The notes under the pieces were generated by a model. It made no database searches. It was not told the DNA's origin and saw nothing but the letters and a program-made list of their open reading frames with translations. DNA of 64,000 nucleotides from Prorocentrum cordatum (Eukaryota): NCBI GenBank assembly GCA_963575745.1, contig CAUYUJ010000046.1:1-64000 (forward strand), written 5' to 3'. Shown piece after piece: positions 50,619-62,386 of the stretch; the first letter of the stretch is position 1, and each line of letters opens with the position of its first letter. A program made the translations under genes and the position numbers.

Positions 50619-51803
50619 CTACCCGCGGGCCTGGCCGCTGCCAGCAGCAGCGCCAGCAGCAGGTGGAGGGGCCGCCGCAGCAGCCTTTTGGTCGGCAGCG
50701 CGCTGTCGGGCCGCCTCGTCTGCCGCTCGGCTCTCCACGGCGGCCGCTGGGGGGGGCCCTGCACCAGGCGCAGCGCCTGCTGCTGGGGCGGCGGCAGCAG
50801 CAGGGGCGGCCGCCTGTCCTGCTGGCTGCGGCGGGGCGGCCGCGCCCCGCACGGGGGTGCCAGCGGCCACGGCTGCTGCAGGCCCCTCCTCGGTGCGCTT
50901 GCGCTTCTTGGCCACCTCCTCCTCGATCTGGCGCTTGATGCGCTGCTGGTGCTCCTGGCAGTTGCGCTCGAACGTAGCCTGCGCCCCCTGCATGATCTGG
51001 AGCCCCTCGTCGCAGAGGCGCCTGAGGGTGGCCTGCGCCTCCTCCTCCAGCTCCGCGAAGTTCTCGAATGACTCCGCGTCGAAGTTGAAGGTGAGCTGCC
51101 TCGCTCCATCGGGCTGGGCGCCCACGACACCAGCCGCTTGGGCTCGCTGGCGGAGGAGGGCGTTCTCCTCCTCTTTGGCCTCTGCGAGGTTGACCGCCGC
51201 CTCGTCGCGCCAGCCTCGGCACAGAGCGAGGTGGTCCTCCGCCGCCACGAGCGCGTCCGCCACCTCGTCGAGCTGGCGCTGGAGGTGGATCCGCTTCGCC
51301 GTGGCCGACTGCAGCCTCTGCTCGAGCGGCTTCGGAGCTGGGGCGACCGCGGGCGCGACGCAGCCCCGCGCGTCACGGACTGCCTCCTGCAGCCTGGCCG
51401 CGATGGCGGGGTCCCCGCAGGCGAGGAGCGCTTCGAGCTCGCTCTCGGGGGGGGCCGACCAGGGGGCCTTCGGGAAGGCGCCTCCGCCACGGCCACCCGC
51501 GCCCCCGCCGCCGCCACGGGAGGCTGCTCCACCACCGCCGCCACGGGAGGCTCCTCCACGGCCCTTGCCGCCCTTGCCGCCCTTGGCGCCATTCTTCGGT
51601 GGGCCTCCGCTGCCGCCTCCTCGCCGTGCGGGTTGGGAGCCGCCGCCGCCGTCGTCCGCCCAGACCCCGACGCGGGGCGAAGGCTTCGAGGGCGCCAGCT
51701 CCAGCCCGATCCCGCACAGCCAGCACTTCGCATTCCTGCGGAAGTTCCAGCGGAAACGGCAGCCCGTGCACACGACGAAGCCAGGCTCGGCCTTCGGCCC
51801 CAT
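50619..51803 (-). CDS. LINE copy 4 ORF1 (394 aa): zinc finger + Gly-rich linker + coiled coil + KKRKR
   Basis: VVCTGCRFRWNFRRNAKCWLCG; same architecture as ORF1 of copies 1 and 2. Confidence 0.8.
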   Translation of the reverse strand: MGPKAEPGFVVCTGCRFRWNFRRNAKCWLCGIGLELAPSKPSPRVGVWADDGGGGSQPARRGGGSGGPPKNGAKGGKGGKGRGGASRGGGGGAASRGGGGGAGGRGGGAFPKAPWSAPPESELEALLACGDPAIAARLQEAVRDARGCVAPAVAPAPKPLEQRLQSATAKRIHLQRQLDEVADALVAAEDHLALCRGWRDEAAVNLAEAKEEENALLRQRAQAAGVVGAQPDGARQLTFNFDAESFENFAELEEEAQATLRRLCDEGLQIMQGAQATFERNCQEHQQRIKRQIEEEVAKKRKRTEEGPAAAVAAGTPVRGAAAPPQPAGQAAAPAAAAAPAAGAAPGAGPPPAAAVESRAADEAARQRAADQKAAAAAPPPAAGAAAGSGQARG

Positions 51804-52018
51804 CGCCGGAACGGGCGGGCGCGCTGCTCAGCCGCGGGCGTGCAGCAGGCAGGTGCCGACGGGGGCGGACCCGCCGACACAGAAGAAACCGTGACCCGCA
51901 GGTCCAGGGTGCTGCAGTGGCAGCTCACACTTGTTGGAAAGGAAGGTAGCCTCAAAACAGAACCTCCCTCGCGCTTAGTCGCCCCGAAAGACTCGCGGTC
52001 GTCGGGACGGTTCATTGC

Positions 52019-52040
52019 CTTGAGCCAAAATGGCTACGGA
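52019..52040 (-). other. Perfect genomic dinoflagellate spliced leader TCCGTAGCCATTTTGGCTCAAG
   Basis: Plus strand CTTGAGCCAAAATGGCTACGGA; 22/22 match to DCCGTAGCCATTTTGGCTCAAG. Confidence 0.98.
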
Positions 52041-52253
52041 CGGCAATGGCATTGGATAAGGACGCCTTCGATAAGGAACCCGGGGTCTGGAGGCCAGTGG
52101 CACCCCAAGCGTGCATCGGCCATGGAGATCACCGCCGCCCTCATCAGAGAAAGAAGCCTCCAGGGTCTGCAGCCTCCGGGGCGGGGCGCACTCCTGAACC
52201 AACGCCCCCGCCGCGTGCGTGCGGGTGGTACCGACAGGGGAGAGAAGGCTCAA

Positions 52254-52411
52254 GTCGGGCCTGTCCCTCTACAGGAGGAATGTTCAAGAAGAGTCCAAAA
52301 ATACTCTGGGGACGATCTTCTCCATGTTTTCGACCATGTGGGGGGCACGTTTGGACTATTTCTAATATATGTTTCTCATCCAAGATCAGCCCGTAGGGGG
52401 ACATGCCCGAC
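52254..52411. mobile_element. MITE family 2, copy 3
   Basis: GTCGGGCCTGTCCCTCTACAGG ... CCGTAGGGGGACATGCCCGAC. Confidence 0.7.
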
Positions 52412-54452
52412 CTAAGAGAAGGCATGGGGGGCGGGCCCTCCCCGGAGGAGGAGGAGGAGGAGGAGGAGGAGGAGGAGGAGGAGGAGGAGGAGAGAGGAGG
52501 ATGGGAGGAGGAGGAGGAGGAAGGAGGAGGAGGAGGAGGAGGAGGAGAGGAGGAGGAGGAGGAGGAGGAGGAGGAGGGGGAGGAGGAGGAGGAGGAGGAG
52601 GAGGAGGAGGGCTGAGGAGGAGGAGGGAGGAGGAGGAGGAGGAGGAGGAGGAGGAGAGGAGGAGGAGGGAGGAGCGGCGCGGGCCTCTCGGAGCAGGCCT
52701 GCTCCCGCTCCCCCCCCCCCCCTCGGGGCCAGCTGCCGAGCTGCCTCGGGGCAAGGCCCGGGCACCTGGAGACACACGTGGCTGGGCCCACGCGCGGAGC
52801 AGCCGGACCAAGACACGATCGCGTCATACAAAACAAAAATGTTCGTGTATGTTTCTACTGTCGGGCCCAGACATCAGGACGGGAGGCTTTTGTCTATCTT
52901 CGGCCCCGGGGGGGCCTCGCCAGGCTTCGGGGCCGTCCAAATTACGATTCAGGACGAAAGACTGGTCCCGGGGCATGGGTCAGGACTTCCAGGGACGCCG
53001 TCCTGAAAAAATCAGGGCGTCGCATGTCTGGGGAGGCCGCGCGCCGGATGCTTAAGTCAGGCGGGTGCCCGGCCCGCCTCGTCGCAAGAGGGACGGGCGC
53101 CGGAAAGGCGTGCGGCCACGTGCTTGTCCAGCTCTCGCTCAAGCCAGCCACGTCGTGTGCCTCCAGTTTCCCGGTAAGCTGAGGAGCGTGGGCAGCGCCC
53201 CAGTAGGAGCGTCAACAATTCCACGCCGCTCTACTTGCACGCGCAAGGAGGCGTGCTCTAACACGATGCGCCGGAGAAGCGAAATGTGGGACGGCGAGCT
53301 CTGTGCCAGAAGGACGAGCGGAAGAAGCATCTCCAAGGCTTACGCCAGCCCACTACAAAAAATTGACAGCGTCCCGAGGAGAGTAAACTCCCTGGGGCAG
53401 TGGCAAAGGCTTCTGATTATTGATTACAGCCAGGCCCGCACCGACACAGTTTTCTCTTGCCGTGGCTGGTCCCCACTCCCTCAAACCCCTCAGCGTACCT
53501 CTATGTTAATTGTTAGCCGTCCCACTTCCATCGCAAATATGATCATCAACTATGCTTCGGGCGGCTTGCCATCTGTAGTGAAAAGACTTTACCCCACTGT
53601 GCCCTCGAGGTATCATGCGGAGTGATCTGATTGATTTCGGCAGAAACGTCCTTCGCAAGCTCTTACATTGGGCACGGTCATGGGGGTGATGGTTTTGAAG
53701 CGCCGCGGAGCCAGGCGGGCAGAAGTTCTCGGGAATGTCTCTGGGTGCCCCGAGAGTGGTCGCCGAGGAGGAGGAGGAGGAGGAGGGGGAGGAGGAGAAG
53801 AAGGAGGAGGAGGACGAGGAGGAGGAGGAAGAGCAGGAGGAGAAGGAGGAGGAGGAGGAGATGGAGGAGAAGGAGGAGGAGGAGATGGAGGAGAGACTGG
53901 CCCCCGAGACCCGGGAATCGAATCTGGAATCCCAGGCCTCCGATGCTGGCCTCCGAGGCAGCCGAAGAAGAGCCCAGCTCCGCTCCAGACGGCCTCCAGC
54001 ATGGGAAAAAGTCCTTCTCCGGGACAAGGGTTCGCTCTCAGGGAGAAGGGTTCGTTCTCCGGGTGAAATGAAGCTGGCATTGCACCTCCTCCTCCTGGGG
54101 GTCCTCCTGGGTCTGCTGGGATCGGCGGGGTGAGCGCACCGAGGAGGGAGAAGAACTGGTGCTCGATTTGCCCGCGAATGCCGGGTCGGTTCGTTCTCCG
54201 GGTGAGACCCTTACAGGTTTCCCCGCCTTCCCCAAACACCACAAACCAAACACCAAACACCAACCCCCAAACACCAACCCCCAAACACCACATACCACAC
54301 ACCAAACACCAAACACCAAACACCAAACACCAAATTTCAAACACCAAACACCAAACACCAAGCACCAAGCAACAAACACCAAACACCAAGCACCAAGCAC
54401 CAAGCACCAAGCACCAAACACCAGACACCAAACACAAAACTCCAAACACCAA

Positions 54453-55107
<655 letters not shown>

Positions 55108-55111
55108 GGGT

Positions 55112-56112
55112 CAAACCTCACCTTCGTGTCTACTGAGAATGAATGGGTAAGGGTAAGGGTAAGGGTTCGGGTTCGGGTTCGGGTTCGGGTCGGGTTCGGT
55201 TCCACACAATCAGTTAAAACCAAATAGAATAACATAGAATAGTCGGAAGTTTAATCGTACACGAAGCAGGAGTTCGGAAACCCACAATTTCGCCATTCGC
55301 TGATAGGAAAACAATACAGGGGCTATAGAGCTAATAGTACACGAAGATGAGGTTCGGAAGCCCACTGATTCTAATAGTACACGAAGAAGGGGTTCGGAAA
55401 CTCACAATTTCGCCGTTCGCTCGTAAGAAAACAATACAGGGGCTATAGAGCCAATAGTACACGAAGGTGAGGTTCGCAAACCCATTGTGAAAAAACGAGA
55501 AAACAGCGTTCCTCTTTTCCTGCTCGCTTTCCTCTTCCTCATCCTCCTCCTCCCCCTCCTCCACATTGGGTCAGGGCCACGATCCACGTGAGAGGTGTGC
55601 CGAACTTCAGCGTCGGGCGGCGATCCAAATGTGGCGAGGTCTACGATCCGTGTGAGGGGTGCACCGATATTGCTCATCGGTGGGCCGTCGGCAGCGCTCC
55701 CAGGTGGGCCAGGACACGATCCTCGTGAGTGGCGTGCCGGAATTGGACGTCGGTGGGCCTTCGGCAGCGCTCCCACTTGGACCAGGGCCACGATCCTAGT
55801 GAAGTGCGCGCCGGAATCGCGCGTCGGAGGGCCAGGCCCACGATCCTCGAGAGGGTTGTGCCGAAACGAAGCGGCTGGCAGTGGCGGTTGCTCCAAATCC
55901 GACGTCGACACGAAGGACAGGTGTAAAACTGTCGTTTTTTGTTCGCTTCTAATACGAATACAATCTACAGCCTCTACAGCGAATAGTGCACGAAGGTAGG
56001 CATTGGCGCGAAAGACACAAAGGCCAGGTTTGAAACTAATGTTTTCGTAATTCCCCTGGTAGGAGTTCTATTAGGCCTGATACACAAGAAGAGTACACGA
56101 AGGTGAGGTTTG
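55112..56112. mobile_element. ~1-kb segment bounded by an 18-bp perfect inverted repeat, embedded in (CTA)n
   Basis: CAAACCTCACCTTCGTGT / ACACGAAGGTGAGGTTTG; internal ~120-bp tandem repeat at 55255-55490. Confidence 0.55.
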
Positions 56113-56139
56113 TAGCGACACGAGGACCAGGTGCAACCC

Positions 56140-56168
56140 TACTACGACTACGACTACGACTACGACTG

Positions 56169-56201
<33 letters not shown>

Positions 56202-56391
56202 TTACGACTACTACTACTAATACTACNNNNNNNNNNNNNNNNNNNNNNNNNNNNNNNNNNNNNNNNNNNNNNNNNNNNNNNNNNNNNNNNNNNNNNNNNN
56301 NNNNNNNNNNNNNNNNNNNNNNNNNNCTACGAGTGCTTCACCTACTACTACTACTACCACTACTTCTGCTTCTGTTCTACTACTTGTACGG

Positions 56392-56437
<46 letters not shown>

Positions 56438-56498
56438 GACTACTACTATCATTACCACTACCACTACCACTACCACGACCACGACTACTATTACTACC

Positions 56499-56530
<32 letters not shown>

Positions 56531-56593
56531 TACGGCTACTGCGACTGCTACTTTTACTACTACTATTACTATTACTACTACTACGTGTACCCT

Positions 56594-56624
<31 letters not shown>

Positions 56625-56797
56625 GCTACTACTACTACTACTACTACCACTATTACCAATACCGCTACCACTACCACTACCACGACTACTATTACTACTA
56701 CTACTACTGCTACTACTACTGCTGCTACGACTACTACTACTACTACTACTACTACTGCTACTACTACGATTACTATTACTACTACTACGTGTACTCT

Positions 56798-56839
<42 letters not shown>

Positions 56840-56966
56840 GACTACTACTACTACTACTACTACTACTACGACTACTACTACTACTACTACTATTGCTACT
56901 GCTACTTCTACTATCACTACTGCTACTACTTCTACTACGACTACGACTACGACTACTATTACTACG

Positions 56967-56999
<33 letters not shown>

Positions 57000-57062
57000 G
57001 CTGCTACTATTGCTACTACTACTACTACTACTACTGCGACTACGACTACTACGACTACTACG

Positions 57063-57097
<35 letters not shown>

Positions 57098-57150
57098 GAC
57101 GACTACTATTACAACCACTACTACTACGACTACTACTACTACTATTACTA

Positions 57151-57190
<40 letters not shown>

Positions 57191-57376
57191 GACTACTACT
57201 ACGACTACTGCTACTACTACCACCACCACTAGTACTACTACTACGACTACTACTAGCTATTGACTACTAAATACCAACTACTACTACTACTCCTATTCCT
57301 ACTACTACGACTACGAATGCTACTAATATCAATATTATTACTACTACTACTACTACGACTACTACTACTACTAGTT

Positions 57377-57438
<62 letters not shown>

Positions 57439-57440
57439 GA
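56140..57440. repeat. Degenerate (CTA)n array containing a 100-N assembly gap (56227-56326)
   Basis: Seen directly. Confidence 0.97.
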
Positions 57441-58566
57441 GTACTGACTACACAAACTAGCTAACAACTACTACCCACAACCTGCTAGCTACTACGTACG
57501 TACTACTTACTACATACGACAAGCTACTAACAACAGACTGTTCACTACGTTCGGGCCACGATTCATTACTTCATACCAGCTTCTACATACTATCGGCTAA
57601 CTCCTAACTACGAGCAACAAGCTACGAACTACTACCAACTTGGTCGCCTCATGTAGTTTAGTAATATTACCAAGAAGAGTTCCTTCTCCGGGCAAAAGAA
57701 GCCAGACTGATGGGAAATCTCTGTGGCGCCTTAAGGGCAGCTCATTGCGATTTGCGAAAGTCAGTTTTGACAGAAGTGTGAGGATCCTCGATGAGGTCTC
57801 ACCCGGAGAGCTAATCCTCTCCGAAGGACCCCAGGAATCTACAAGGATTCGGTAGTACACCCGGAGAACGAACCCTTTTCCCAGAGAGCGAACCCTTTTC
57901 CCGGAGAAAGAACCCCTCGCCCTCCAGTATTACACGTCGGTCGGAAGAAGTAGGTAAAAACATAAGTAGGAATGCGGACAACGTGGATTGGGTCCAGGCC
58001 CTCCCAGAGATTAACAAAACACAGCAAAATCAGGTCGATTCTTGAAAGTAGGAAGGCGCTTGAAGTAGATTGGGATCTGGGAATCAAAAAAACCCTACTT
58101 TCAACGACCGGCGTGTACTGTTCCCAGGCGACCTTCAAGAGCCCCCATGATAACACGGGGATGGCCCCCGCCTCCCAGGGAAGTCCCCGAGAGGCCACTC
58201 TCGCACTTCCTGCTCCCGAGGGGCCGCATTGGCCGTCGGGTGGTCTCGGGGAGGCCTTGGGTGGGGACCCCAAGGATAGTAGCACAATGGGCACCCCACA
58301 CTCGCCCCAAGAAGAGATCCCCCAAAAGAATGCCCCAAGAACTCCCCGAGCGGCCTCGCAAGAGCCATGCAGCATCAAAGCCACCCTACGCCTACGCTGG
58401 AACCTTGCGCAGCTGCTCTTGGCTGGCACTTCTGGATGCTAAAGAAGACCCGCTACTCAAAAACTACGCCTTCCTCCTCCTCATCCTCCTCCCTCATTCT
58501 CCCCCTCCTCCTCTAAGCTCACTGTGACCCCTCGTCCTCCTCCTTCCCCTCGTTCCCCTCCTCCCC

Positions 58567-58599
58567 TCATCATCGTCATCATCATCATCATCATCACCC

Positions 58600-58675
<76 letters not shown>

Positions 58676-59512
58676 TCATCATCATCATCATCAGCAGCAG
58701 CATCATCATCAGGATCATCATCACCACCACCACAAACGTACTCATAATCATCATCATCATCAGCAGGAGCATCAGCATCAGCACCAGCATCAGCATCATC
58801 ATCATCCCCATCATTACAATCGCCATCACAATTGTCGGCATCGTTATCATCAGCAGCATCAGCACCAGCATCATAAGCATCAGCATCACCCTCGCAGGCA
58901 TGAACATCATCAACATCATCAACAGCATCATCTTCAGCTTCACCATCACCGTCACCATCGCATCACCACAATGATCGACTGCATCAACAACACTATCAAC
59001 ATCATTATCGTTAGCATCATCATCATCATCAAAATCACCATCACCATCAACACCACCATCACAATCATCATCACCACCACTATCAGAATCAGCATCGTCG
59101 TCATCATCAGCATCACCATCATCATCAGCATCGTCATCGTCATCATCATCATCACCAGCATCATCATCATCGTCATCGCCATCGTCAATCGTCATCGTCA
59201 GCATCAGCATCGTCACACGCAGCATCAGCATCATCAGCATCATCATCAGTGTCATCATCATCAGCAGCATCATCAGTGTCACCATCGTCGTCATCGTCAG
59301 CGTCATTATCATCATCAGGATCATCACCAGCATCATCATCATTATCATCAGCATCGTCATCCTCATCATCAATCATCGTCATCATCATCACCATCAGCGT
59401 CAGCATCATCATCATCATCATCAGCATCAACATCAGCATCATCATCATCATCATCATCATCATCATGATCATCATCATCATGATCGTCATCGTCATCGTC
59501 ATCGTCATCATT
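58567..59512. repeat. Degenerate (CAT)n microsatellite
   Basis: Seen directly. Confidence 0.97.
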
Positions 59513-59820
59513 CAGATCAGCCTTATTAATTTCACCGTCTGTCATCATTCCCCTCCTCCTCCTCTCCCTCCCTCCTCCTCCGCCTTGCTGAATGGATGCA
59601 TGGGTGAAGGTATCGGCGGAGGGGAGGGGGGAGAGGGCGGGATAGATAAACTACATGTGATGCAGGGTGGCGGACTAGGCCAAAGGCCACTGGATGTAAA
59701 AGCTCTGCGCGCAACGGCGCAGCCTGGCTGCTGATGCTGTGCGCACAAATGCGCTTGAGAGGGTTGTCCATGGTGACTGAGTTCACCTTGCCACCTGCCA
59801 GGCAACAGTCAGCATGCCTT

Positions 59821-61308
59821 CTAAGAAGCTGTGGAATGTGTGAATGCTGCCGTCGCAGTCGGTTGCTCGCTTCCGAACTCCGACTTCAGAAGAAATGCAC
59901 TCGCACCGCCGAGGGACAGCATGGAGAACAGGTTGCTCAGAGTAATGTAAAAGGCAGACAGATCCGCAGAGTGGCTGTACTGCCCTGACCAGAACATGAT
60001 CATGTTCGTGCACGGAGAAAGCATGCACATGGTGAACGCCCGGCGCAAGTCAAAATCGATCTCGTCCTGAGTCAGAAGCCTCCTGCCATAAATCATCAAG
60101 ACAACTGGAAACAAGACCACCGTCACGAGCTGCAGGCATGTGCGAAGCGCCAGCGCGATAAAAGCAGGAGATACATCGGACCACGAGGGCCGTCGCAGCT
60201 CAATGCAACTTCCGATCATGAAGTACATCATGCAAGAGAAAGACGTGGTGAGCTTATCACAAACATCATCCAGTATCAAAGGCATGGAAACACCTAGCAC
60301 GTTCATAGAACACCCAAAGACAAACGCAACGATGACTGGGTTTAGCAGGATGTTGTCTCGCAGTATTGCAACCGTGCTGACACCATGCGCTTCTACAACA
60401 GCATCGTCAATGTTCGCCACAGTCAGCCTCACGCGAGACAGGCGGGTCCTGCGCGGTACATCGCCGCAGGTCCTGCGCGGTACATCGCAGCGGCTCCTGC
60501 GCGGCACATCGCTGCACATGGACGCTGCCGCCGGCGTCATGATGAGACGCTCGGGTCCGATCTGCACCGCCGATGCTGGGGGCTGATCTGCATCGCCCAC
60601 AGCAAGGCTGGAGGAATCCTCTGTGGACCCTGCATCTTCTGGAGCCAGAACCCGCGCAGACTTTGGCCTCGCTGCCCTCTCTCGCTGCAGCGGTCCGCCG
60701 CTCACCGCCGTGGGGTCCGCGCTGCTGCCGCTGCGGAGCGCACTCTTGGGAGGGGCCTGCGCGAGCTCTGTCATCGCCGGGAGCTCAGCGTCAGCTGCGG
60801 CAGACGAGCGCCGTGGCGCGACCTCCGATGCACCGATGCTCCCCAGAAAAGCGAAGCCGACCTGACACAGCCAGGTGTTCCCACCGAGGTCGTACAGCAC
60901 GGCGGAGGGAATGGCTCGCTCCCCGAAGTCGCCCTGGCCCATGAAGGCGTAAGGCATTCCCAGAGATGTGGCACTCATCGTCAACAAATACCATCCTGGC
61001 AATTCGCCACCTATGGGGAGCCACCCGTGCTTGAATAGCATAGTGATCAGAAGATAACTGCAACCCACCCAAAATATGTGGATGGCCACCGACCACAGAA
61101 GCAGCTCCAAGAGCTCGCCTTCAAGGGTCTTCGTCCACGTACTTCGCAGCAGTGACGCTGGCAACATTAGAGTGAAGACAGCCGCCCTCAATCCTGTCAG
61201 CGCCGCGCTGTCCGATCCCAAGAGGCCACGCCACTTCATGAAGACCCCGACGCCAATGAACACGAAGCCCTCTACCTGAAGAATCCACGGAGGGATTTGC
61301 CCTGGCAT
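59821..61308 (-). CDS. Auxin efflux carrier (AEC)/Mem_trans (PF03547-like) membrane transporter, 495 aa, intronless
   Basis: GCC-ATG start; two hydrophobic multi-TM blocks separated by a long hydrophilic loop; motifs VFTLMLPASLL, SLGMP, LLNPVIVAFVFG, YFMIG and MLSP match AEC-family patterns. Confidence 0.75.
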   Translation of the reverse strand: MPGQIPPWILQVEGFVFIGVGVFMKWRGLLGSDSAALTGLRAAVFTLMLPASLLRSTWTKTLEGELLELLLWSVAIHIFWVGCSYLLITMLFKHGWLPIGGELPGWYLLTMSATSLGMPYAFMGQGDFGERAIPSAVLYDLGGNTWLCQVGFAFLGSIGASEVAPRRSSAAADAELPAMTELAQAPPKSALRSGSSADPTAVSGGPLQRERAARPKSARVLAPEDAGSTEDSSSLAVGDADQPPASAVQIGPERLIMTPAAASMCSDVPRRSRCDVPRRTCGDVPRRTRLSRVRLTVANIDDAVVEAHGVSTVAILRDNILLNPVIVAFVFGCSMNVLGVSMPLILDDVCDKLTTSFSCMMYFMIGSCIELRRPSWSDVSPAFIALALRTCLQLVTVVLFPVVLMIYGRRLLTQDEIDFDLRRAFTMCMLSPCTNMIMFWSGQYSHSADLSAFYITLSNLFSMLSLGGASAFLLKSEFGSEQPTATAAFTHSTAS

Positions 61309-62352
61309 GGCGATCGATGCTGCGCCGCCGTCGCCGATTCAACGACACCCACCACCCTTAGCACACTGCCCCCATTTGATCCAGCATGCTCGAGCCAGCA
61401 CGGCTGCAGACCCGGCCCTACAGCACGATCGTCTTCCCTCCACGTCGCGGAACACAGAGCCCTCGGCCCCGTCCACGGAGACCGCCTCCTCGTCGCGGGC
61501 CGATCTCCTGACGACCCCCCAGGGTCGGGAGCGTCCAAGAGGGGGCGTCCAAAAGGGAGGTGCGAAAATCATGGCCAGCGGCATGTGCGCGGCCCAGGGG
61601 GGGGTCCGGGGACGCATTGAAAGAAGAAGAGGCGCCATGAAATCTGGGGAGACATCATGGCCCCCGCCATGATATCCCCCCCCCAATCATCACCCCCCTC
61701 TTGGCCGCTCCCGAGTCAACGGGGACCGGTTCCTCGTCGTGGGCCGATCTCCCGACGCCCCCCCGGGGGCCCGAAGACGGCCGCCCCGAGGCTGGGATTG
61801 CAACGAAGAGCCCGCCGCGGCGACCGTTGCCCACGACGCCTGCGGGCCTGGGGGGCCGAGGAGGGCAGGGAGGACACAGCGCACGGAGCCGACACGGGAT
61901 GCCACCACCGAAGCACCGCGGGGGCCCGCCGCTTCAGCACCAGCTGCTCTCTCTCTCTCTCGGGACGTGCGCGGGGTGGCAGTGAGGCCATGCCCCAGTG
62001 AGGACGACGTGGAGGAGGAGGAGGAGGAGGAGGAGGAGAAGCAGCAGCACCAGGGCGACGAGCAGGAGCAGCAACAGGATCAAAAGGAGCTCATCCCTCA
62101 TCACTTCCCTTCCTCCCTCCTGCCTGCCAACCTTTCTGGAAACTAAGCTGCTGAAAAACCTTCCGCATCAACTTCCCTCCTCGCGCGAAACCGGAGTGAG
62201 TGAGGAGGGAGGCTTTCGGGAACTCGAAGCGATTATCTTCTTGATGAAGAAGATGAGAGCCGACACCATGATGGATCGCCCAACGGAGCACCCAAGCAGC
62301 AAGTTTGCCCTTCGAGCGTGGCCGAAGCTCGGGCCCAAAAGGCGGACAGGGT

Positions 62353-62386
<34 letters not shown>

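Larger units (their letters stand above)
47654..52040 (-). mobile_element. Non-LTR retrotransposon copy 4: SL-capped, polyadenylated, TSD-flanked, internally deleted derivative (~4.4 kb)
   Basis: Perfect DinoSL at 52019-52040; T8 (A8 on minus) at 47654-47661; direct repeat ACGGCAATGGCATT at 47642 and 52040; intact ORF1; partial RT and RNase H. Confidence 0.92.

Noticed and set aside
52019..52100. SL RNA gene
   Set aside because: The SL is followed directly by retroelement sequence and bounded by a TSD, which fits a retroposed mRNA; no SL RNA gene array context is evident.
55144..55200. Telomere
   Set aside because: Short internal (TAAGGG)/(TTCGGG) hexamers, not the TTTAGGG array expected for dinoflagellates.
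61309..62000. SL relic upstream of the transporter gene
   Set aside because: Searched by eye and found no convincing match.
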